From Candidatus Ratteibacteria bacterium (GTDB lineage: Bacteria > Ratteibacteria > UBA8468 > B48-G9 > JAFGKM01): a stretch of 19,985 bases of DNA. The notes beneath the pieces were generated by a model. The model was given only the letters and a program-made list of their open reading frames with translations, was not told the DNA's origin and searched no databases. The position numbers were made by a program, and so were the translations under genes. Location of the stretch: assembly GCA_046296715.1 (NCBI GenBank), contig JBKBIN010000024.1, positions 1-19,985 of the forward strand, in the 5' to 3' direction. Every line of letters starts with the position of its first letter. Position 1 is the stretch's first letter. Below are positions 9,445-17,500 of this stretch, in pieces.

Positions 9445-11429
9445 GAAAAGTTTTTTTTAATTTTTTTATTTTACATTTTTTACTTTTCTCCGAATATAAA
9501 TACTTATTAAATTTATCCTGTGAAAATAAAAAACTTCTTGATGCAGCAAAGGTCGCAAGTTTTAATTTTATTTCAGGGAAAGAAAGATATAACGACATAA
9601 AAATTATTGATGAAAATGGAAAAGAATGTAAAATTTTAGGGGTTAATTTTTCAAAAAATGAAATTGAAGTTTTTTTTGAACCCACAGATACAATTAATTA
9701 TAAAGTTTTTATTGGGTATACTGATAAAAAGAAAGAATATGAAAGATTTAGGTATGGTAAAATTTTAATAGATGATTATAATCCTCCAGATTCTATTAAA
9801 TCAGGTATCTGGGTTTGGGTTGATAAATCTTTATCTGGTTTATATTCTCATACAGGAACTTCTGGTTTTTCATTTCATAGGGTTAGTTTTTCAAAGCAAT
9901 TCCCTGTAAATATAGATGACAAGATTATTACTTATGTTTTTATTGAGGATGATAATGTTGAAGAAATAATGGTTGAAGTTGTTTCAAGATACAGAAGACA
10001 CTACTATTTTTCTTTTGGAGAGGATAAGATAGACATAAAAGGGATAAGTAAAGAGAAAATCGGTGATTTGCCAGAAAAAGGGAGATGGATGAAAATAGAA
10101 ATCCCTCTTTTAAAAGTAAGAGAAAAAAACATAGAGGGAATTGGTTTTTATAATGATAAAGGAAAAGTTTACTGGGATTTGACATCTATAAATGAAGTTC
10201 CTGTAAAGATGAAGATTGTAAAGGTAGAAAACTTAATATTTCCAAACACTCCTTATTTTAATTATGAAGTTGAAGGTCCATTTAAAATTAAGGATAAAAA
10301 AATAGTTATTCTGAAACTTGATGCAAGTTGTTTTTTAGCAGATAGATATTCATGGGAGATAGATGGAGAGAATTATTATGGACAAAAACTTATCACTGAA
10401 TTGAAAGGAGAAAAAAAAGAAATAAATGTAAAACTTAAAGTAGAGAAGAATAAGAATTATGGAGAATTCAGCCACAAAATAATTTTTGATGAAGTAAAAG
10501 AAGTGAATACTAATTTTAATATTCTTCCTTTTGAAAGTTTTATTTATAACGATGAAAAGATTTACATTCCTATAAGAATTGAAAATATATCAGAAGTTCC
10601 AATTGTCTATAATCTTAAATTCCAAAAAGATAAGCAAGAATTATCCCTTTTACCTGGCAGAGAAAACGGCAAAACAGTAACTTTATCTTTAAATTTAGAA
10701 GATGAGATAAAGATCAAACTTTATTTTTATGACATAGAACTTGCTGAAAAAACAATAAAAATCTTAAATCCAGATGAAAATGATTATTCTATTGATGGGC
10801 CTTTTTTAAGAAAGAATAACTCTTACATAATTTTTAAAGTTCCTGAATATAAGAACATAAAAAAAGAAAAAAAATTTTCAAAAATAATTTTTGTTGGAGA
10901 TTTTCCTGAAGAGATAAATTATATTTTGAAGAATAAGGGTTTTGAAGTTTTAAGTATAAAAGAAGATAAATACATAAATTATTTATTTGCTGAATTTAAG
11001 TTTATACAGAAAAATCTTAAAAGAATAGAAAATGACTCTTTTGTTGTTTTGTTCCCTTTTTTAAATTCACTTTTAAGAAGGCATAAATTAAATGAGTGGG
11101 AAAAAGTTTATGATGGGATTTTATATTTACTATCTCAAAAAACTTCATATATACTTCTAATTTCTCCATTTCCTTCCTACCCTTATTTAGAAATTTTTCA
11201 ACCATATAGAGAAAGAATTAGAAAGATTTCAGAGAGAAGAGATTTTTATTTTCTTGATTTATATAAAATCTTCTCAGAGATTGAAAAAGGGGAAAAATTT
11301 TTTAAATTGAATGAATATGTATACAAAAATTTTCCAGATATAGATGGTTTTGAAGTAGTTTTGAAAGAGATTGAAAAAATTATAGAAAATGAAGAAAGTA
11401 TTAATAATCAGAGAGGGAGCGCTTGGTGA
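9441..11429 (+). CDS. Exported multidomain hypothetical protein (beta-sandwich domain, PKD-like segment, degenerate SGNH-like C-terminus)
   Basis: 662-aa ORF with signal peptide and ATGA overlap. PKD-like segment LDAS...YSWEIDG...VKLKV. C-terminal IIFVGDF...ILLISPFP...FLDLY...FPDIDG. Confidence 0.65.
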   Translation: MRKVFFNFFILHFLLFSEYKYLLNLSCENKKLLDAAKVASFNFISGKERYNDIKIIDENGKECKILGVNFSKNEIEVFFEPTDTINYKVFIGYTDKKKEYERFRYGKILIDDYNPPDSIKSGIWVWVDKSLSGLYSHTGTSGFSFHRVSFSKQFPVNIDDKIITYVFIEDDNVEEIMVEVVSRYRRHYYFSFGEDKIDIKGISKEKIGDLPEKGRWMKIEIPLLKVREKNIEGIGFYNDKGKVYWDLTSINEVPVKMKIVKVENLIFPNTPYFNYEVEGPFKIKDKKIVILKLDASCFLADRYSWEIDGENYYGQKLITELKGEKKEINVKLKVEKNKNYGEFSHKIIFDEVKEVNTNFNILPFESFIYNDEKIYIPIRIENISEVPIVYNLKFQKDKQELSLLPGRENGKTVTLSLNLEDEIKIKLYFYDIELAEKTIKILNPDENDYSIDGPFLRKNNSYIIFKVPEYKNIKKEKKFSKIIFVGDFPEEINYILKNKGFEVLSIKEDKYINYLFAEFKFIQKNLKRIENDSFVVLFPFLNSLLRRHKLNEWEKVYDGILYLLSQKTSYILLISPFPSYPYLEIFQPYRERIRKISERRDFYFLDLYKIFSEIEKGEKFFKLNEYVYKNFPDIDGFEVVLKEIEKIIENEESINNQRGSAW

Positions 11430-12273
11430 TTTGATTTTAACATTTCCTGTTTTTTACAATTTTAAAAAAAATGGATATAAGGTTTTTGTTGCAGGTAAAG
11501 GGATTTATAAAGCCCTTGTTGAAAAAATAGGTTATGTTGATAATTTTATTCCAATTGATTCTTATGAATATCTATTTTTGTTTGAAAATGATAATGAAAA
11601 AATTAGAAATTTTTTTAATGGATTTGACCTTGTTGTTGCATATATTGATGAAGAAGAAATTTTAGGTGTTAATCTTAAAAAATTTTTTAAAGGTAAATTA
11701 TTGTTTCATCCGATTAAAAAAGAAAAATTGAATATTCATATAACAGATTATTTGCTACAAACATTAACAGAGATATTTAATCAAGATATCATTAATTCGG
11801 TTAGTTTTAACTTAAAAATTAGAGGTGAATTTTTTGTTATACACCCAGGAAGTGGAAGCAAAGATAAAAACTGGTCAAGAGATAAATTTTTAAAACTTGC
11901 TGAATATTTAAAAGATGTAAAGATAATTTTAGGACCTGCTGAAGAAAATGAAATTGAATTTTGGAGAAAAAATTTCAAAGGAGAAATTTTTTTTAATATT
12001 GACATAGATAATATTTTAAAAATTGCTAAAAAAACTACTACTTATATTGGAAATGATTCTGGGTTTACACATCTATTCAGTTTTTTAGGTGTTAAAACAG
12101 TTGCTATTTTTGGTCCTACTTCTCCATTTATTTGGGGACCAAGAGGGGAAAATGTTAAAATTGTTTATAAGAAAATTGAATGCAGTCCTTGTAAAAATGA
12201 AAAAATGAAAAACTGTAAGTATAAGTATTGTCTTGAACAAATAAAAGTTGAGGATATAGTTGCTCTTCTTTAA
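11389..12273 (+). CDS. Glycosyltransferase family 9 (ADP-heptose:LPS heptosyltransferase-like)
   Basis: Motifs KVLIIREGALGDLILTFP, VIHPGSGSKDKNW, YIGNDSGFTHL, AIFGPT...WGP and a Cys-rich end CSPC...C...CL. Confidence 0.92.
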   Translation: MKKVLIIREGALGDLILTFPVFYNFKKNGYKVFVAGKGIYKALVEKIGYVDNFIPIDSYEYLFLFENDNEKIRNFFNGFDLVVAYIDEEEILGVNLKKFFKGKLLFHPIKKEKLNIHITDYLLQTLTEIFNQDIINSVSFNLKIRGEFFVIHPGSGSKDKNWSRDKFLKLAEYLKDVKIILGPAEENEIEFWRKNFKGEIFFNIDIDNILKIAKKTTTYIGNDSGFTHLFSFLGVKTVAIFGPTSPFIWGPRGENVKIVYKKIECSPCKNEKMKNCKYKYCLEQIKVEDIVALL

Positions 12274-12282
12274 GATAAAAAC

Positions 12283-12288
12283 GGAGGT
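12283..12288 (+). promoter_or_regulatory. Shine-Dalgarno-like site for the hydrolase gene
   Basis: GGAGGT just upstream of ATG 12292 (short spacing). Confidence 0.55.
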
Positions 12289-12291
12289 TAT

Positions 12292-13074
12292 ATGGAAAAA
12301 CAAGTAATTTTTGATGGAAGTAAAGGAAAGTTGTTTGGGGTTATTCATATTGTAGAAAAAAATATATCACCAGCAGTTATTCTTTTTCATGGTTTTACAG
12401 GAAGTAAAGTTGAAAGCCATTTTTTATTTACAAAACTTGCGAGAAGGTTATACAAAGAAGGTATTTCAGTTTTAAGATTTGATTTCTATGGTTCTGGAGA
12501 TAGTGAAGGGAGTTTTGAGGAGATGACTATTGAAACAGAAATGGAAGATGGAAAAAAAGCAGTTCAATTTTTAAAAGAATTTGAATTTGTTGATAAACAA
12601 AAAATAGGAATTTGTGGCCTTTCTATGGGTGCGTTAACTGCTACTTATGTAAGTTCAAAATTTAAAGAAATTAAAGGATTATGTTTATTGTCTCCTTTAG
12701 CATTTCCAAAAATTATAAAAAAGAAAATTTTGACAAAAAAAATTAAAGAAAAGATTGAAAAATTTGGTAAATCCTATATTCCTGGAATAGGACATTATAT
12801 AGGTAAAGATTTTATCAATTCTCTTGAAAAAATTGATTTAGAAGATTTTATTGAAAAATATAAAGGAAAAGTTTTTATTATTCATACAAAAGATGATGCT
12901 TCTCTTGATTTAAAAAATCCACTTTTTTATTTTGAGAAATTCCATCAAAATGCAAGTAGTTTAAAAATGCTTATTCTTGATAAAGGAGGCCATGTTTTTA
13001 TAACTGAGGAAAGTGAAAATACAGTTTTAGAAGAGACAACTATATTTTTTAAAGAATGTTTTGAAATGAAATAA
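12292..13074 (+). CDS. Alpha/beta hydrolase (esterase/S9-like)
   Basis: HGFTG oxyanion motif, RFDFYGSGDSEG, nucleophile elbow GLSMG, Asp in HTKDD and His in GGHVF. Confidence 0.92.
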   Translation: MEKQVIFDGSKGKLFGVIHIVEKNISPAVILFHGFTGSKVESHFLFTKLARRLYKEGISVLRFDFYGSGDSEGSFEEMTIETEMEDGKKAVQFLKEFEFVDKQKIGICGLSMGALTATYVSSKFKEIKGLCLLSPLAFPKIIKKKILTKKIKEKIEKFGKSYIPGIGHYIGKDFINSLEKIDLEDFIEKYKGKVFIIHTKDDASLDLKNPLFYFEKFHQNASSLKMLILDKGGHVFITEESENTVLEETTIFFKECFEMK

Positions 13075-13075
13075 G

Positions 13076-13589
13076 ATGAAAAAAGAAATTAATTATTTTG
13101 ATGTGATTGAAGAAACGATTGAATTATTAAAAGAAGGGAAAGCCCTTGTTTGTTCAATAGATAAGAATAATAAACCTAACATAATGGCAATTGGATGGGG
13201 ATGTCTTGGTATAGTATGGGGAAAAACCCGTCTTTTTTATTTTTATAAGGCATTCAAGATACACTTTTAACCTTATTGAACAAACAAATGACTTTTCTGT
13301 TAATATTTTTGATGATAAATATAAAGAGGTTGTATACTGGTGTGGTTCAGTTTCAGGAAGAGATTATGATAAATTTAAAGAAACAAAATTAACTCCTTTA
13401 AAATCAAAATATATAAAATCGCCAATTATCAAAGAAGGGAAAATTAATTTTGAATGTAAAGTTATTGCAAAAATAGATATTAATCCAGAAATGCTTGATG
13501 GTGAAATAAAAGAGAAAATTTATAAATTAGGAGATTATCATCGTATATATTTAGGCGAAATTTTTGTCTGCTATAAAAACAATTCTTGA
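13076..13589 (+). pseudogene. Flavin reductase-like (flavoredoxin/FMN-binding split barrel) gene broken by one extra base
   Basis: The 64-aa ORF has NIMAIGWGCLGIVWGK. Removing one base from GGGGAAAAACCC (13218-13229) continues as PVFFIFIRHSRYTFNLIE...FSVN...CGSVSGRDYDKF...SPII...FECKVI...DYHRIYLGEI..NNS* to TGA 13587-13589, giving 170 aa. Confidence 0.88.
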
Positions 13590-13614
13590 CATAATTGAAA
13601 CTTTTTTCTATTAT
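13586..13614 (+). promoter_or_regulatory. Sigma70-type promoter for the FmdB-family gene
   Basis: TTGACA (13586-13591), 17 nt spacer, TATTAT (13609-13614). SD AAGGAGG at 13635-13641. Confidence 0.75.
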
Positions 13615-13646
13615 TCTATATCTAAAAAATAAAAAAGGAGGAAGAT

Positions 13647-13931
13647 ATGCCTACATATGAATATGAATGCAAAAATTGTGGATATAAATTTGATAAATTT
13701 CAAAAAATGTCAGAAGATCCATTAAAAGTATGTCCAAAATGTAATAATGAAAGTTTAAGAAGATTGGTTGGTGTTGGTGGAGGAGTAATTTATAAAGGAC
13801 CAGGTTTTTACACAACAGAATATAGGAGTGAGGAATATAAAAGAAAACAGAAAGAAGAAGAAAGTTTAAGTTCAAAATCCTCAAGTTCTAATACCAGTTC
13901 TTGTTCCTGTTCTTCAAGTAAAACTGGATAA
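13647..13931 (+). CDS. FmdB-family zinc ribbon protein
   Basis: MPTYEYECKNCG..F...Q.MSE.PL..CPKC....LRRLV...G...YKGPGFYTTEY, then a Ser-rich tail; strong SD. Confidence 0.92.
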   Translation: MPTYEYECKNCGYKFDKFQKMSEDPLKVCPKCNNESLRRLVGVGGGVIYKGPGFYTTEYRSEEYKRKQKEEESLSSKSSSSNTSSCSCSSSKTG

Positions 13932-13972
13932 GATTGTTCTAAGAATTAATTTTACAAATTAAAAAATTTCAC

Positions 13973-14001
13973 TTGACAAATTTTTTGAGGTGGTATATTA
14001 T
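13973..14001 (+). promoter_or_regulatory. Sigma70-type promoter of the nrdR-nrdD-nrdG operon
   Basis: TTGACA (13973-13978), 17 nt spacer, TATTAT (13996-14001). An alternative extended -10 TGgTATATT lies at 13991-13999. Confidence 0.75.
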
Positions 14002-14012
14002 TTTTTCTAAAA

Positions 14013-14028
14013 ATACAATATATTGTTT
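14013..14028 (+). promoter_or_regulatory. NrdR box 1
   Basis: ATACAATATATTGTTT matches the consensus acaCwAtATaTwGtgt at 14/16 positions; perfect palindromic core ACAATATATTGT. Confidence 0.88.
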
Positions 14029-14044
14029 TTTAAGTTTTGCTTTA

Positions 14045-14060
14045 ACACTATATATAGAAA
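14045..14060 (+). promoter_or_regulatory. NrdR box 2
   Basis: ACACTATATATAGAAA matches the consensus at the first 13 positions. It starts 32 bp after box 1 (typical tandem spacing) and abuts the nrdR ATG. Confidence 0.85.
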
Positions 14061-14531
14061 ATGAAATGTCCTTATTGTGGGTATCTAAAAGATAGAGTTC
14101 TTGATTCGAGAGAAAGAGAAGATGGAATGCTTATAAGAAGAAGGAGGATGTGTTTGAAATGCAAAAAAAGGTTTACAACTTATGAAGAAATTGAATTAAA
14201 ACCTTTAATAGTTGTTAAGAAAGACGGTAGAAGAGAAAAATTTAATAGAGATAAATTGAGAGTTGGAATACAAAAGGCATGTGAGAAAAGACCAGTTAGT
14301 ACTGAAGTAATAAATCGGATTGTTGAAGATATTGAAAAAGAGTTAAGACAGAAATACGAAAATGAAGTTAGTTCAAAAGATATTGGTAGGTATGTAATAA
14401 AAAAGTTGAAAAAATTGGATAAGGTAGCATATATTAGATTTGCTTCTGTTTATCAAGAATTTGAAAACCTTGAACAATTTTTGAAAGAGATAGAAAAAAT
14501 AGATAGGAGGGAAAAATGTTTAAAAAAATAG
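14061..14531 (+). CDS. nrdR: Transcriptional repressor NrdR
   Basis: Zn ribbon MKCPYCG...VLDSR...IRRRRMCLKCKKRFTTYE; ATP cone VVKKDGRREKFNRDK...ACEKRPV...LDKVAYIRFASVY. Confidence 0.98.
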   Translation: MKCPYCGYLKDRVLDSREREDGMLIRRRRMCLKCKKRFTTYEEIELKPLIVVKKDGRREKFNRDKLRVGIQKACEKRPVSTEVINRIVEDIEKELRQKYENEVSSKDIGRYVIKKLKKLDKVAYIRFASVYQEFENLEQFLKEIEKIDRREKCLKK

Positions 14532-17500
14532 TTAAAAGAGATGGAAGAATTGTTGATTTTGACAGTTTTAAAATAACAAATGCAATTTTTAAAGCAGGAC
14601 AAGCAACAGGTGAATTTGGTATAGATATAGCAAAAAAGTTAACAATTAAAGTTCTTGATCTTGCAACTGAAATAATTAAAGACAAAATCCCATCTGTTGA
14701 AGAAATTCAGGATATTGTAGAAGAAGTTCTTTTAAATTCTCCATATAAAAAGACAGCAAAAGCATATATAATTTATAGAGAACAGCATGCAAGAATAAGA
14801 GAAATATCAACTAAGGCAAGTTTGGACCTTGTAGATCAGTATTTAAATCAAATAGACTGGCGAGTCAAAGAAAATAGTAATATGAGTTTTTCACTTCAAG
14901 GACTAAATAACTATGTTTCTTCTGAAATTTCAAAAACATACTGGCTTAATAGTATCTATCCACCTGAGATAAGGAAAGCATATATAGAAGGAGATTTTCA
15001 TATTCATGATTTAGGTTCTCTTTCTGTTTATTGTGTTGGTTGGGATTTACAGGATTTGCTTTTAACTGGGTTTAAAGGCTCAGAAGGGAAAGTTGAAAGT
15101 AGTCCAGCAAAACATTTTGGTTCTGCACTTGGTCAAATTGTTAATTTCTTCTATACACTCCAAGGTGAAGCAGCAGGTGCACAAGCATTTTCTTTTGATG
15201 GACAAACCCCAATAACTATTGAAAGAAATGGAGTTATAGAAAGCGTAACTATGGAAATGCTTTTTAACGATTATAAACACCATGCTATAAGTGTTAATGG
15301 TTCAGAAGTTATTATAGGAAATACTCTTTACAGGAGATATTCAATAGATGATGCAGATAAAAGGAAATATTTAGATACGAGGTTACCAACAGAACCAATA
15401 TTATTTCAGTATGATAAAATAAAGGTGCTGACAGAAGAAGGGTTTATTCCTCTATGTGCAATTTCTAGGCATAGAATTACTACAAAAGACGATGAATTAT
15501 TGATAATAGAAACTGAAGATGGAAATATTCTTCGGGTAACACGCTCACATCCGATGCTTCTTTCAAATGGAAAAGAAAAAAGAGCAGATAAACTTGAAAT
15601 AGGAGACGAACTTTTATCTTTCAAATCTGAAATCCCATTGAAGGAAGAAATAGAATTAGAAGAAAATTTTGCATATCTCATTGGTTTTATGATTGCTGAA
15701 GGATGTTGGGGACATCAAACAAAAGAGTATGCTCTTATTTCACAAAGTAAAAATTCTGAAGAAAGAAGAAAAATAAAAGATATTATTGAAAAATTAAACA
15801 TCCCTTTCTATGAACAAGGCGAATTTAACATAGTATTTGGAACCACAAGAATGGGAAGGGTCATTAGGAATCATTTAAAATTGCAGGAGGGGAGCCATAG
15901 AAAAAATTTACCTGATTTTATTTTTCGTTTATCTAAAAAATCCATTGGTGCATTAATTAGTGGACTTATAGATGGAGACGGAGATATTGATAAAAATAGG
16001 GTAGTTAGATTACATTCTACAAGTTATACACTTGTTATGCAACTAAAACAGATTTTAAATTTTATTGGGATAAATTCTACTGTAAGATGCACTTCTTACA
16101 AAAACATGAAGCCGCATTATAAAGATAGTTATGTAATAAAATTTAGAATAGAAGAAGAGATGCTTCCTTTGTTCAAGCAATCATTAAAGATTAAAAATTT
16201 CTTACCGAAAGTAAAAGAATCGCCTTGTTTTTCAACCAAAGTAGTTAAGGTTGTTGAAGCAAAATATACAGATGAGTATGTTTATGATATAACAACTCCA
16301 AATCAACATTTCTTAGTAAATAATATCGTGATGCATAACTCAAATTTTGATACGCTACTGGCTCCTTTTGTAAGATATGATGGTTTAAGTTATAAAGATG
16401 TAAAACAGGCAATTCAAGAATGTCTTTTCAATCTTAATGTGCCAACAAGAACAGGTTTCCAGACCCCTTTCACAAATTTAACTTTTGATTTGAAAGTTCC
16501 AGATATTTATAAAGACCAACCAGTTATAGTTGGTGGTAAAATTCATAATATTACTTATAGTGAATTTCAAAAAGAGATGGATATGATAAACAAAGCATTT
16601 TTTGAAGTGATGCTTGAAGGAGATGCAAAAGGAAGAGTTTTTACATTTCCAATTCCAACATATAATATAACAAAGGATTTTGATTGGAAAAATGATATTC
16701 TGGATAACTTATGGGAAATGACAGGTAAATATGGGATTCCTTACTTTTCTAATTTTATAAATTCAGATATGAAACCAGATGATGTAAGGAGTATGTGTTG
16801 TAGATTGAGATTACAAACAAGTGAATTAAAGAAAAGAGGAGGAGGACTTTTTGGAGCAAATCCATTAACGGGGAGTATTGGTGTTGTTACAATTAATCTA
16901 CCACGAATTGGATATCTGTCAAAATCAAAGGAAGAATTTAAAAGTAGGTTAAATGATTTAATGGAACTTGCAAAAGAAAGTTTGGAAATAAAGAGAAAAG
17001 TTATTGAAAAATTTACAGAACAGGGACTTTACCCATATTCAAAGTTTTATTTAAGAAATGTTAAGAAAAGGTTTGGGAAATACTGGGTTAATCATTTTTC
17101 AACAATAGGTATTGTGGGAATGAATGAAGCATGTTTAAATCTGTTTGGTAAAGATATTGGTTCTGATGAGGGAATTGATTTTGCTATTGAAATATTGGAA
17201 TTTATGAGAGAAAAACTAATCAAATTTCAAGAAACTACAGGTAATAATTATAATCTTGAAGCAACTCCAGCTGAAGGAACAAGTTATCGTTTAGCAAGAA
17301 TTGATAAAAATAAATATCCAGATATAATAGTTGCAAATGAGGCAGAGTATAAAAAAGGTGCAGAACCATTTTATACAAATTCAACACATCTTCCCGTGAA
17401 TTATACTGATGATATATTTGAACTACTTGAAAAACAGGATAAATTGCAATCTCTTTATACAGGTGGGACAGTTGTTCATATATTTGTTGGAGAAAGAATA

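Noticed and set aside
4403..12348. Short minus-strand ORFs (4403-4633, 6000-6395, 7966-8193, 8197-8379, 9395-9685, 9940-10185, 11017-11205, 11781-12005, 12085-12348) and the + strand 9020-9262 ORF
   Set aside because: All lie almost entirely within well-supported + strand genes, show no recognisable motifs and have the biased composition of shadow frames in AT-rich DNA.
13076..13270. Standalone 64-aa protein
   Set aside because: It is the 5' part of the frameshifted flavin reductase; its last 14 residues are out-of-frame sequence.
13860..13925. Quasi-repeats (agttc/gttc) at the end of the FmdB gene
   Set aside because: They simply encode the low-complexity Ser-rich tail common in this family; no regular repeat-spacer structure.
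15191..16339. Group I intron or free-standing endonuclease as the explanation for the nrdD insertion
   Set aside because: The insertion is in frame, has no stops and carries complete intein splicing blocks.
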